Below, piece by piece: positions 11,001 to 25,100 of a DNA stretch of 64,000 bases (position 1 is its first letter; the number at the start of each line of letters is the position of its first letter). Both the position numbers and the translations under genes were made by a program. The notes beneath the pieces were generated by a model. It did not search any database, was not told the origin of the DNA, and saw only the letters and a program-made list of their open reading frames with translations. The DNA comes from the human T2T-CHM13v2.0 reference genome, Homo sapiens: assembly GCF_009914755.1 (NCBI RefSeq), contig NC_060926.1; one strand, 5' to 3'.

Positions 11001-13573
11001 GCATTCAAGTCACAGAGTTGAACATTCCCTTTCATAGAGCAGGTTTGAAACACTTTTTTTGTAGTATCTGGATGTGGACATTTGGAGCGCTTTCAGGCCT
11101 ATGGTGAAAAAGGAAATATCTTCCAATAAAAGCTACATAGAAGCAATGTCAGAAACTTTTTCATGATGTATCTACTCAGCTAAAAGAGTTGAACCTTTCT
11201 TTTGAGAGAGCAGTTTTGAAACACTCTTTTTGTGGAATCTGGAAGTGGATATTTGTCTAGCTTTGAGGATTTCGTTGGAAACGGGATTACATATAAAAAG
11301 CAGACAGCAGCATTCCCAGTAACTTCTTTGTGATGTTTGCATTCAAGTCACAGAGTTGAACATTCCCTTTCATAGAGCAGGTTTGAAACACTCTTTTTGT
11401 AGTATCTGGATGTGGACATTTGGAGCGCTTTCAGGCCTATGGTGAAAAAGGAAATATCTTCCCCAGAAAACTAGACAGAAGCATTCTCAGAATCTTATTT
11501 GTGATGTGCGCCCTCAACTAACAGTGTTGAAGCTTTCTTTTGATAGAGCAGTTTTGAAACACTCTTTTCGTAAAATCTGCAAGAGGATATTTTGATAGCT
11601 TTGAGGATTACGTTGGAAACGGGATTGTCTTCAAATAAACTCTAGACAGAAGCATTCTCAGAAGCTTCATTGGGATGTTTCAATTAAAGTCACAGTGTTG
11701 AACAGTCCCTTTCATAGAGCAGGTTTGAAACACTCTTTTTGTAGTATCTGGAAGTGGACATTTGGAGCGCTCTCAGGACTGCGGTGAAAACGGAAATATC
11801 TTCCAATAAAAGCTAGATAGAAGCAATGTCAGAAACTTTTTCATGATGTATCTACTCAGCTAACAGAGTTGAACCTTCCTTTGAGAGAGCAGTTTTGAAA
11901 CACTCTTTTTGTGGAATCTGCAAGTGGATATTTGTCTAGCTTTGAGGATTTCGTTGGAAACGGGTTACATATAAAAAGCAGACAGCAGCATTCCCAGAAA
12001 CTTCTTTGTGATGTTTGCATTCAAGTCACAGAGTTGAACATTCCCTTTCATAGAGCAGGTTTGAAACACTCTTTTTGTAGTATCTGGATGTGGACATTTG
12101 CAGCGCTTTCAGGCCTAAGGTGAAAAAGGAAATATCTTCCCCTGAAAACTAGACAGAAGCATTCTCAGAAACTTATTTGTGATGTGCGCCCTCAACTAAC
12201 AGTGTTGAAGCTTTCTTTTGATAGAGCAGTTTTGAAACACTCTTTTTGTAATATCTGCAAGAGGATATTTGGATAGCTTTGAGGATTTCGTTGGAAACGG
12301 GATTGTCTTCATATAAACTTTAGACAGAAGCATTCTCAGAAGCTTCATTGGGATGTTTCAATTGAAGTTACAGTGTTGAACAGTCCCTTTCATAGAGCAG
12401 GTTTGAAACACTCTTTTTGTAGTATCTGGATGTGGACATTTGGAGCGCTTTCAGGCCTATGGTTTAAAAGGAAATATCTTCCCCTGAAAACTAGACAGAA
12501 GCATTCTCAGAAACTTATTTGTGATGTGCGCCCTCAACTAAGAGTGTTGAAGCATTCTTTTGATAGAGCAGTTTTGAAACACTCTTTTTGTGGAATCTGC
12601 AAGTGGATATTTGTCTAGCTTTGAGGATTTCGTTGGAAACGGGATTACATATAAAAAGCAGACAGCAGCATTCCCAGAAACTTCTTTGTGATGTTTGCAT
12701 TCACGTCACAGAGTTGAACATTCCCTTTCATAGAGCAGGTTTGTAACACTCTTTTTGTAGTATCTGGATGTGGACATTTGGAGCGCTTTCAGGCCTATGG
12801 TGAAAAAGGAAATATCTTCCCCTGAAAACTAGACAGAAGCATTCTCAGAAACTTATTTGTGATGTGCGCCCTCAACTAACAGTGTTGAAGCTTTCTTTTG
12901 ATAGAGCAGTTTTGAAACACTCTTTTTGTAATATCTGCAAGAGGATATTTGGATAGCTTTGAGGATTTCGTTGGAAACGGGATTAATTATAAAAAGCAGA
13001 CAGCAGCATTCCCAGAATCTTGTTTGTGATGTTTGCATTCAAGTCACAGAGTTGAACATTCCCTTTCAGAGAGCAGGTTTGAAACACTCTTTTTATAGTA
13101 TCTGGATGTGGACATTTGGAGCGCTTTCAGGCCTATGGTGAAAAAGGAAATATCTTCTCCTGAAAACTAGACAGAAGCATTCTCAGAATCTTATTTGTGA
13201 TGTGCGCCCTCAACTAACAGTGTTGAAGCTTTCTTTTGATAGAGCAGTTTTGAAACACTCTTTTCGTAAAATCTGCAAGAGGATATTTGGATAGCTTTGA
13301 GGATTTCGTTGGAAACGGGATTGTCTTCATATAAACTCTAGACAGAAGCATTCTCAGAAGCTTCATTGGGATGTTTCAATTGAAGTCACAGTGTTGAACA
13401 GTCCCTTTCATAGAGCAGGTTTGAAACACTCTTTTTGTAGTATCTGGAAGTGGACATTTGGAACGCTCTCAGGACTGCGTTGAAAAAGGAAATATCTTCC
13501 AATAAAAGCTAGATAGAAGCAATGTCAGAAACTTTTTCATGATGTATCTACTCAGCTAACAGAGTTGAACCTT
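8058..13573 (+). repeat. Tandem duplication with 2714-bp period (16 monomers); also present inside the second 9160 copy
   Basis: Pairs 9197/11911, 9659/12373, 10245/12959, 18357/21071, 18819/21533 all differ by 2714. Shared variants ctaaaagag, ccccagaaaa, ggattacgtt, cttcaaata. Confidence 0.88.
8259..8429 (+). repeat. D/B hybrid monomer (D body, B tail ccaataaaagctacatagaag) giving an extra C-D/B dimer; 8 copies
   Basis: Seen at 8259, 10973, 17419, 20133, 29301, 32694, 38806, 42542, always with the linked cactc>cactt T-run variant. Confidence 0.85.
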
Positions 13574-16500
13574 CCTTTGAGAGAGCAGTTTTGAAACACT
13601 CTTTTTGTGGAATCTGCAAGTGGATATTTGTCTAGCTTTGAGGATTTCGTTGGAAACGGGATTACATATAAAAAGCAGACAGCAGCATTCCCAGAAACTT
13701 CTTTGTGTTGATTGCATTCAAGTCACAGAGTTGAACATTCCCTTTCATAGAGCAGGTTTGAAACACTCTTTTTGTAGTATCTGGATGTGGACATTTGCAG
13801 CGCTTTCAGGCCTAAGGTGAAAAAGGAAATATCTTCCCCTGAAAACTAGACAGAAGCATTCTCAGAAACTTATTTGTGATGTGCGCCCTCAACTAACAGT
13901 GTTGAAGCTTTCTTTTGATAGAGCAGTTTTGAAACACTCTTTTTGTAATATCTGCAAGAGGATATTTGGATAGCTTTGAGGATTTCGTTGGAAACGGGAT
14001 TAATTATAAAAAGCAGACAGCAGCATTCCCAGAATCTTGTTTGTGATGTTTGCATTCAAGTCACAGAGTTGAACATTCCCTTTCAGAGAGCAGGTTTGAA
14101 ACACTCTTTTTGTAGTATCTGGAAGTGGACATTTGGAGAGTTCTCAGGAATACGGTGATAAAGGAAATATCTTCCAATAAAAGCTAGATAGAAGCAATGT
14201 CAGAAACTTTTTCATGATGTATCTACTCAGCTAACAGAGTTGAACCTTTCTTTTGAGAGAGCAGTTTTGAAACACTCTTTTTGTGGAATCTGCAAGTGGA
14301 TATTTGTCTAGCTTTGAGGATTTCGTTGGAAACGGGATTACATATAAAAAGCAGACAGCAGCATTCCCAGTAACTTCTTTGTGATGTTTGCATTCAAGTC
14401 ACAGAGTTGAACATTCCCTTTCATAGAGCAGGTTTGAAACACTCTTTTTGTAGTATCTGGATGTGGACATTTGCAGCGCTTTCAGGCCTACGGTGAAAAA
14501 GGAAATATCTTCCCCTGAAAACTAGACAGAAGCATTCTCAGAAACTTATTTGCGATGGGCGCCCTCAACTAACAGTGTTGAAGCTTTCTTTTGATAGAGC
14601 AGTTTTGAAACACTCTTTTCGTAAAATCTGCAAGAGGATATTTGGATAGCTTTGAGGATTTCGTTGGAAACGGGATTGTCTTCATATAAACTCTAGACAG
14701 AAGCATTCTCAGAAGCTTCATTGGGATGTTTCAATTGAAGTCACAGTGTTGAACAGTCCCTTTCATAGAGCAGGTTTGAAACACTCTTTTTGTAGTATCT
14801 GGATGTGGACATTTGGAGCGCTTTCAGGCCTATGGTTTAAAAGGAAATATCTTCCCCTGAAAACTAGACAGAAGCATTCTCAGAAACTTATTTGTGATGT
14901 GCGCCCTCAACTAAGAGTGTTGAAGCATTCTTTTGATAGAGCAGTTTTGAAACACTCTTTTTGTGGAATCTGCAAGTGGATATTTGTCTAGCTTTGAGGA
15001 TTTCGTTGGAAACGGGATTACATATAAAAAGCAGACAGCAGCATTCCCAGAAACTTCTTTGTGATGTTTGCATTCACGTCACAGAGTTGAACATTCCCTT
15101 TCATAGAGCAGGTTTGTAACACTCTTTTTGTAGTATCTGGATGTGGACATTTGGAGCGCTTTCAGGCCTATGGTGAAAAAGGAAATATCTTCCCCTGAAA
15201 ACTAGACAGAAGCATTCTCAGAAACTTATTTGTGATGTGCGCCCTCAACTAACAGTGTTGAAGCTTTCTTTTGATAGAGCAGTTTTGAAACACTCTTTTT
15301 GTAATATCTGCAAGAGGATATTTGGATAGCTTTGAGGATTTCGTTGGAAACGGGATTAATTATAAAAAGCAGACAGCAGCATTCCCAGAATCTTGTTTGT
15401 GATGTTTGCATTCAAGTCACAGAGTTGAACATTCCCTTTCAGAGAGCAGGTTTGAAACACTCTTTTTATAGTATCTGGATGTGGACATTTGGAGCGCTTT
15501 CAGGCCTATGGTGAAAAAGGAAATATCTTCTCCTGAAAACTAGACAGAAGCATTCTCAGAATCTTATTTGTGATGTGCGCCCTCAACTAACAGTGTTGAA
15601 GCTTTCTTTTGATAGAGCAGTTTTGAAACACTCTTTTCGTAAAATCTGCAAGAGGATATTTGGATAGCTTTGAGGATTTCGTTGGAAACGGGATTGTCTT
15701 CATATAAACTCTAGACAGAAGCATTCTCAGAAGCTTCATTGGGATGTTTCAATTGAAGTCACAGTGTTGAACAGTCCCTTTCATAGAGCAGGTTTGAAAC
15801 ACTCTTTTTGTAGTATCTGGAAGTGGACATTTGGAACGCTCTCAGGACTGCGTTGAAAAAGGAAATATCTTCCAATAAAAGCTAGATAGAAGCAATGTCA
15901 GAAACTTTTTCATGATGTATCTACTCAGCTAACAGAGTTGAACGTTCATTTGAGAGAGCAGTTTTGAAACACTCGTTTTGTGGAATCTGCAAGTGGATAT
16001 TTGTCTAGCTTTGAGGATTTCGTTGGAAACGGGATTACATATAAAAAGCAGACAGCAGCATTCCCAGAAACTTCTTTGTGATGTTTGCATTCAAGTCACA
16101 GAGTTGAACATTCCCTTTCATAGAGCAGGTTTGAAACACTCTTTTTGTAGTATCTGGATGTGGACATTTGCAGCGCTTTCAGGCATAAGGTGAAAAAGGA
16201 AATATCTTCCCCTGAAAACTAGACAGAAGCATTCTCAGAAACTTATTTGTGATGTGCGCCCTCAACTAACAGTGTTGAACCTTTCTTTTGATAGAGCAGT
16301 TTTGAAACACTCTTTTTGTAATATCTGCAAGAGGATATTTGGATAGCTTTGAGGATTTCTTTGGAAACGGGATTGTCTTCATATAAACTCTAGACAGAAG
16401 CATTCTCAGAAGCTTCATTGGGATGTTTCAATTGAAGTCACAGTGTTGAACAGTCCCTTTCATAGAGCAGGTTTGAAACACTCTTTTTGTAGTATCTGGA

Positions 16501-19500
16501 AGTGGACATTTGGAGAGATCTCAGGAATACGGTGATAAAGGAAATATCTTCCAATAAAAGCTAGATAGAAGCAATGTCAGAAACTTTTTCATGATGTATC
16601 TACTCAGCTAACAGAGTTGAACCTTTCTTTTGAGAGAGCAGTTTTGAAACACTCTTTTTGTGGAATCTGCAAGTGGATATTTGTCTAGCTTTGAGGATTT
16701 CGTTGGAAACGGGATTACATATAAAAAGCAGACAGCAGCATTCCCAGTAACTTCTTTGTGGTGTTTGCATTCAAGTCACAGAGTTGAACATTCCCTTTCA
16801 TAGAGCAGGTTTGAAACACTCTTTTTGTAGTATCTGGATGTGGACATTTGGAGCGCTTTCAGGCCTATGGTGAAAAAGGAAATATCTTCCCCTGAAAACT
16901 AGACAGAAGCATTCTCAGAATCTTATTTGTGATGTGCGCCCTCAACTAACAGTGTTGAAGCTTTCTTTTGATAGAGCAGTTTTGAAACACTCTTTTTGTA
17001 AAATCTGCAAGAGGATATTTGGATAGCTTTGAGGATTTCGTTGGAAACGGGATTGTCTTCATATAAACTCTAGACAGAAGCATTCTCAGAAGCTTCATTG
17101 GGATGTTTCAATTGAAGTCACAGTGTTGAACAGTCCCTTTCATAGAGCAGGTTTGAAACACTCTTTTTGTAGTATCTGGAAGTGGACATTTGGAGAGATC
17201 TCAGGAATACGGTGATAAAGGAAATATCTTCCAATAAAAGCTAGATAGAAGCAATGTCAGAAACTTTTTCATGATGTATCTACTCAGCTAACAGAGTTGA
17301 ACCTTTCTTTTGAGAGAGCAGTTTTGAAACACTCTTTTTGTGGAATCTGCAAGTGGATATTTGTCTAGCTTTGAGGATTTCGTTGGAAACGGGATTACAT
17401 ATAAAAAGCAGACAGCAGCATTCCCAGTAACTTCTTTGTGATGTTTGCATTCAAGTCACAGAGTTGAACATTCCCTTTCATAGAGCAGGTTTGAAACACT
17501 TTTTTTGTAGTATCTGGATGTGGACATTTGGAGCGCTTTCAGGCCTATGGTGAAAAAGGAAATATCTTCCAATAAAAGCTACATAGAAGCAATGTCAGAA
17601 ACTTTTTCATGATGTATCTACTCAGCTAAAAGAGTTGAACCTTTCTTTTGAGAGAGCAGTTTTGAAACACTCTTTTTGTGGAATCTGGAAGTGGATATTT
17701 GTCTAGCTTTGAGGATTTCGTTGGAAACGGGATTACATATAAAAAGCAGACAGCAGCATTCCCAGTAACTTCTTTGTGATGTTTGCATTCAAGTCACAGA
17801 GTTGAACATTCCCTTTCATAGAGCAGGTTTGAAACACTCTTTTTGTAGTATCTGGATGTGGACATTTGGAGCGCTTTCAGGCCTATGGTGAAAAAGGAAA
17901 TATCTTCCCCAGAAAACTAGACAGAAGCATTCTCAGAATCTTATTTGTGATGTGCGCCCTCAACTAACAGTGTTGAAGCTTTCTTTTGATAGAGCAGTTT
18001 TGAAACACTCTTTTCGTAAAATCTGCAAGAGGATATTTTGATAGCTTTGAGGATTACGTTGGAAACGGGATTGTCTTCAAATAAACTCTAGACAGAAGCA
18101 TTCTCAGAAGCTTCATTGGGATGTTTCAATTAAAGTCACAGTGTTGAACAGTCCCTTTCATAGAGCAGGTTTGAAACACTCTTTTTGTAGTATCTGGAAG
18201 TGGACATTTGGAGCGCTCTCAGGACTGCGGTGAAAACGGAAATATCTTCCAATAAAAGCTAGATAGAAGCAATGTCAGAAACTTTTTCATGATGTATCTA
18301 CTCAGCTAACAGAGTTGAACCTTCCTTTGAGAGAGCAGTTTTGAAACACTCTTTTTGTGGAATCTGCAAGTGGATATTTGTCTAGCTTTGAGGATTTCGT
18401 TGGAAACGGGTTACATATAAAAAGCAGACAGCAGCATTCCCAGAAACTTCTTTGTGATGTTTGCATTCAAGTCACAGAGTTGAACATTCCCTTTCATAGA
18501 GCAGGTTTGAAACACTCTTTTTGTAGTATCTGGATGTGGACATTTGCAGCGCTTTCAGGCCTAAGGTGAAAAAGGAAATATCTTCCCCTGAAAACTAGAC
18601 AGAAGCATTCTCAGAAACTTATTTGTGATGTGCGCCCTCAACTAACAGTGTTGAAGCTTTCTTTTGATAGAGCAGTTTTGAAACACTCTTTTTGTAATAT
18701 CTGCAAGAGGATATTTGGATAGCTTTGAGGATTTCGTTGGAAACGGGATTGTCTTCATATAAACTTTAGACAGAAGCATTCTCAGAAGCTTCATTGGGAT
18801 GTTTCAATTGAAGTTACAGTGTTGAACAGTCCCTTTCATAGAGCAGGTTTGAAACACTCTTTTTGTAGTATCTGGATGTGGACATTTGGAGCGCTTTCAG
18901 GCCTATGGTTTAAAAGGAAATATCTTCCCCTGAAAACTAGACAGAAGCATTCTCAGAAACTTATTTGTGATGTGCGCCCTCAACTAAGAGTGTTGAAGCA
19001 TTCTTTTGATAGAGCAGTTTTGAAACACTCTTTTTGTGGAATCTGCAAGTGGATATTTGTCTAGCTTTGAGGATTTCGTTGGAAACGGGATTACATATAA
19101 AAAGCAGACAGCAGCATTCCCAGAAACTTCTTTGTGATGTTTGCATTCACGTCACAGAGTTGAACATTCCCTTTCATAGAGCAGGTTTGTAACACTCTTT
19201 TTGTAGTATCTGGATGTGGACATTTGGAGCGCTTTCAGGCCTATGGTGAAAAAGGAAATATCTTCCCCTGAAAACTAGACAGAAGCATTCTCAGAAACTT
19301 ATTTGTGATGTGCGCCCTCAACTAACAGTGTTGAAGCTTTCTTTTGATAGAGCAGTTTTGAAACACTCTTTTTGTAATATCTGCAAGAGGATATTTGGAT
19401 AGCTTTGAGGATTTCGTTGGAAACGGGATTAATTATAAAAAGCAGACAGCAGCATTCCCAGAATCTTGTTTGTGATGTTTGCATTCAAGTCACAGAGTTG

Positions 19501-22144
19501 AACATTCCCTTTCAGAGAGCAGGTTTGAAACACTCTTTTTATAGTATCTGGATGTGGACATTTGGAGCGCTTTCAGGCCTATGGTGAAAAAGGAAATATC
19601 TTCTCCTGAAAACTAGACAGAAGCATTCTCAGAATCTTATTTGTGATGTGCGCCCTCAACTAACAGTGTTGAAGCTTTCTTTTGATAGAGCAGTTTTGAA
19701 ACACTCTTTTCGTAAAATCTGCAAGAGGATATTTGGATAGCTTTGAGGATTTCGTTGGAAACGGGATTGTCTTCATATAAACTCTAGACAGAAGCATTCT
19801 CAGAAGCTTCATTGGGATGTTTCAATTGAAGTCACAGTGTTGAACAGTCCCTTTCATAGAGCAGGTTTGAAACACTCTTTTTGTAGTATCTGGAAGTGGA
19901 CATTTGGAGAGATCTCAGGAATACGGTGATAAAGGAAATATCTTCCAATAAAAGCTAGATAGAAGCAATGTCAGAAACTTTTTCATGATGTATCTACTCA
20001 GCTAACAGAGTTGAACCTTTCTTTTGAGAGAGCAGTTTTGAAACACTCTTTTTGTGGAATCTGCAAGTGGATATTTGTCTAGCTTTGAGGATTTCGTTGG
20101 AAACGGGATTACATATAAAAAGCAGACAGCAGCATTCCCAGTAACTTCTTTGTGATGTTTGCATTCAAGTCACAGAGTTGAACATTCCCTTTCATAGAGC
20201 AGGTTTGAAACACTTTTTTTGTAGTATCTGGATGTGGACATTTGGAGCGCTTTCAGGCCTATGGTGAAAAAGGAAATATCTTCCAATAAAAGCTACATAG
20301 AAGCAATGTCAGAAACTTTTTCATGATGTATCTACTCAGCTAAAAGAGTTGAACCTTTCTTTTGAGAGAGCAGTTTTGAAACACTCTTTTTGTGGAATCT
20401 GGAAGTGGATATTTGTCTAGCTTTGAGGATTTCGTTGGAAACGGGATTACATATAAAAAGCAGACAGCAGCATTCCCAGTAACTTCTTTGTGATGTTTGC
20501 ATTCAAGTCACAGAGTTGAACATTCCCTTTCATAGAGCAGGTTTGAAACACTCTTTTTGTAGTATCTGGATGTGGACATTTGGAGCGCTTTCAGGCCTAT
20601 GGTGAAAAAGGAAATATCTTCCCCAGAAAACTAGACAGAAGCATTCTCAGAATCTTATTTGTGATGTGCGCCCTCAACTAACAGTGTTGAAGCTTTCTTT
20701 TGATAGAGCAGTTTTGAAACACTCTTTTCGTAAAATCTGCAAGAGGATATTTGGATAGCTTTGAGGATTACGTTGGAAACGGGATTGTCTTCAAATAAAC
20801 TCTAGACAGAAGCATTCTCAGAAGCTTCATTGGGATGTTTCAATTAAAGTCACAGTGTTGAACAGTCCCTTTCATAGAGCAGGTTTGAAACACTCTTTTT
20901 GTAGTATCTGGAAGTGGACATTTGGAGCGCTCTCAGGACTGCGGTGAAAAAGGAAATATCTTCCAATAAAAGCTAGATAGAAGCAATGTCAGAAACTTTT
21001 TCATGATGTATCTACTCAGCTAACAGAGTTGAACCTTCCTTTGAGAGAGCAGTTTTGAAACACTCTTTTTGTGGAATCTGCAAGTGGATATTTGTCTAGC
21101 TTTGAGGATTTCGTTGGAAACGGGTTACATATAAAAAGCAGACAGCAGCATTCCCAGAAACTTCTTTGTGATGTTTGCATTCAAGTCACAGAGTTGAACA
21201 TTCCCTTTCATAGAGCAGGTTTGAAACACTCTTTTTGTAGTATCTGGATGTGGACATTTGCAGCGCTTTCAGGCCTAAGGTGAAAAAGGAAATATCTTCC
21301 CCTGAAAACTAGACAGAAGCATTCTCAGAAACTTATTTGTGATGTGCGCCCTCAACTAACAGTGTTGAAGCTTTCTTTTGATAGAGCAGTTTTGAAACAC
21401 TCTTTTTGTAATATCTGCAAGAGGATATTTGGATAGCTTTGAGGATTTCGTTGGAAACGGGATTGTCTTCATATAAACTTTAGACAGAAGCATTCTCAGA
21501 AGCTTCATTGGGATGTTTCAATTGAAGTTACAGTGTTGAACAGTCCCTTTCATAGAGCAGGTTTGAAACACTCTTTTTGTAGTATCTGGATGTGGACATT
21601 TGGAGCGCTTTCAGGCCTATGGTTTAAAAGGAAATATCTTCCCCTGAAAACTAGACAGAAGCATTCTCAGAAACTTATTTGTGATGTGCGCCCTCAACTA
21701 AGAGTGTTGAAGCATTCTTTTGATAGAGCAGTTTTGAAACACTCTTTTTGTGGAATCTGCAAGTGGATATTTGTCTAGCTTTGAGGATTTCGTTGGAAAC
21801 GGGATTACATATAAAAAGCAGACAGCAGCATTCCCAGAAACTTCTTTGTGATGTTTGCATTCACGTCACAGAGTTGAACATTCCCTTTCATAGAGCAGGT
21901 TTGTAACACTCTTTTTGTAGTATCTGGATGTGGACATTTGGAGCGCTTTCAGGCCTATGGTGAAAAAGGAAATATCTTCCCCTGAAAACTAGACAGAAGC
22001 ATTCTCAGAAACTTATTTGTGATGTGCGCCCTCAACTAACAGTGTTGAAGCTTTCTTTTGATAGAGCAGTTTTGAAACACTCTTTTTGTAATATCTGCAA
22101 GAGGATATTTGGATAGCTTTGAGGATTTCGTTGGAAACGGGATT

Positions 22145-25100
22145 GTCTTCATATAAACTCTAGACAGAAGCATTCTCAGAAGCTTCATTGGGATGTTTCA
22201 ATTGAAGTCACAGTGTTGAACAGTCCCTTTCATAGAGCAGGTTTGAAACACTCTTTTTGTAGTATCTGGATGTGGACATTTGGAGCGCTTTCAGGCCTAT
22301 GGTTTAAAAGGAAATATCTTCCCCTGAAAACTAGACAGAAGCATTCTCAGAAACTTATTTGTGATGTGCGCCCTCAACTAACAGTGTTGAAGCATTCTTT
22401 TGATAGAGCAGTTTTGAAACACTCTTTTTGTGGAATCTGCAAGTGGATATTTGTCTAGCTTTGAGGATTTCGTTGGAAACGGGATTACATATAAAAAGCA
22501 GACAGCAGCATTCCCAGAAACTTCTTTGTGATGTTTGCATTCACGTCACAGAGTTGAACATTCCCTTTCATAGAGCAGGTTTGAAACACTCTTTTTGTAG
22601 TATCTGGATGTGGACATTTGGAGCGCTTTCAGGCCTATGGTGAAAAAGGAAATATCTTCCCCTGAAAACTAGACAGAAGCATTCTCAGAAACTTATTTGT
22701 GATGTGCGCCCTCAACTAACAGTGTTGAAGCTTTCTTTTGATAGAGCAGTTTTGAAACACTCTTTTTGTAATATCTGCAAGAGGATATTTGGATAGCTTT
22801 GAGGATTTCGTTGGAAACGGGATTAATTATAAAAAGCAGACAGCAGCATTCCCAGAATCTTGTTTGTGATGTTTGCATTCAAGTCACAGAGTTGAACATT
22901 CCCTTTCAGAGAGCAGGTTTGAAACACTCTTTTTATAGTATCTGGATGTGGACATTTGGAGCGCTTTCAGGCCTATGGTGAAAAAGGAAATATCTTCTCC
23001 TGAAAACTAGAGAGAAGCATTCTCAGAATCTTATTTGTGATGTGCGCCCTCAACTAACAGTGTTGAAGCTTTCTTTTGATAGAGCAGTTTTGAAACACTC
23101 TTTTTGTAAAATCTGCAAGAGGATATTTGGATAGCTTTGAGGATTTCGTTGGAAACGGGATTGTCTTCATATAAACTCTAGACAGAAGCATTCTCAGAAG
23201 CTTCATTGGGATGTTTCAATTGAAGTCACAGTGTTGAACAGTCCCTTTCATAGAGCAGGTTTGAAACACTCTTTTTGTAGTATCTGGATGTGGACATTTG
23301 GAGCGCTTTCAGGCCTATGGTTTAAAAGGAAATATCTTCCCCTGAAAACTAGACAGAAGCATTCTCAGAAACTTATTTGTGATGTGCGCCCTCAACTAAC
23401 AGTGTTGAAGCATTCTTTTGATAGAGCAGTTTTGAAACACTCTTTTTGTGGAATCTGCAAGTGGATATTTGTCTAGCTTTGAGGATTTCGTTGGAAACGG
23501 GATTACATATAAAAAGCAGACAGCAGCATTCCCAGAAACTTCTTTGTGATGTTTGCATTCAAGTCACAGAGTTGAACATTCCCTTTTATAGAGCAGGTTT
23601 GAAACACTCTTTTTGTAGTATCTGGATGTGGACATTTGGAGCGCTTTCAGGCCTATGGTGAAAAAGGAAATATCTTCCCCTGAAAACTAGACAGAAGCAT
23701 TCTCAGAAACTTATTTGTGATGTGCGCCCTCAACTAACAGTGTTGAACCTTTCTTTTGATAGAGCAGTTTTGAAACACTCTTTTTGTAATATCTGCAAGA
23801 GGATATTTGGATAGCTTTGAGGATTTCTTTGGAAACGGGATTGTCTTCATATAAACTCTAGACAGAAGCATTCTCAGAAGCTTCATTGGGATGTTTCAAT
23901 TGAAGTCACAGTGTTGAACAGTCCCTTTCATAGAGCAGGTTTGAAACACTCTTTTTGTAGTATCTGGAAGTGGACATTTGGAGAGATCTCAGGAATACGG
24001 TGATAAAGGAAATATCTTCCAATAAAAGCTACATAGAAGCAATGTCAGAAACTTTTTCATGATGTATCTACTCAGCTAACAGAGTTGAACCTTTCTTTTG
24101 AGAGAGCAGTTTTGAAACACTCTTTTTGTGGAATCTGCAAGTGGATATTTGTCTAGCTTTGAGGATTTCGTTGGAAACGGGATTACATATAAAAAGCAGA
24201 CAGCAGCATTCCCAGTAACTCCTTTGTGGTGTTTGCATTCAAGTCACAGAGTTGAACATTCCCTTTCATAGAGCAGGCTTGAAACACTCTTTTTGTAGTA
24301 TCTGGATGTGGACATTTGGAGCGCTTTCAGGCCTATGGTGAAAAAGGAAATATCTTCCCCTGAAAACTAGACAGAAGCATTCTCAGAATCTTATTTGTGA
24401 TGTGCGCCCTCAACTAACAGTGTTGAAGCTTTCTTTTGATAGAGCAGTTTTGAAACACTCTTTTTGTAAAATCTGCAAGAGGATATTTGGATAGCTTTGA
24501 GGATTTCGTTGGAAACGGGATTGTCTTCATATAAACTCCAGACAGAAGCATTCTCAGAAGCTTCATTGGGATGTTTCAGTTGAAGTCACAGTGTTGAACA
24601 GTCCCTTTCATAGAGCAGGTTTGAAACACTCTTTTTGTAGTATCTGGAAGTGGACATTTGGAGCGCTCTCAGGACTGCGGTGAAAAAGGAAATATCTTCC
24701 AATAAAAGCTAGATAGAAGCAATGTCAGAAACTTTTTCATGATGTATCTACTCAGCTAACAGAGTTGAACCTTCCTTTGAGAGAGCAGTTTTGAAACACT
24801 CTTTTTGTGGAATCTGCAAGTGGATATTTGTCTAGCTTTGAGGATTTCGTTGGAAACGGGTTACATATAAAAAGCAGACAGCAGCATTCCCAGAAACTTC
24901 TTTGTGTTGTTTGCATTCAAGTCACAGAGTTGAACATTCCCTTTCATAGAGCAGGTTTGAAACACTCTTTTTGTAGTATCTGGATGTGGACATTTGCAGC
25001 GCTTTCAGGCCTAAGGTGAAAAAGGAAATATCTTCCCCTGAAAACTAGACAGAAGCATTCTCAGAAACTTATTTGTGATGTGCGCCCTCAACTAACAGTG

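Larger units (their letters stand above)
4927..22144 (+). repeat. Near-tandem ~8.06-kb duplication, offset 9160 bp (copy 1 ~4927-12984, copy 2 ~14087-22144)
   Basis: ORF-track pairs differ by exactly 9160 (5586/14746, 6818/15978, 9197/18357, 11911/21071, 12373/21533). Private variants are shared (gagagttctc at 4981/14141, tgcgatgggc at 5391/14551). Confidence 0.9.
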
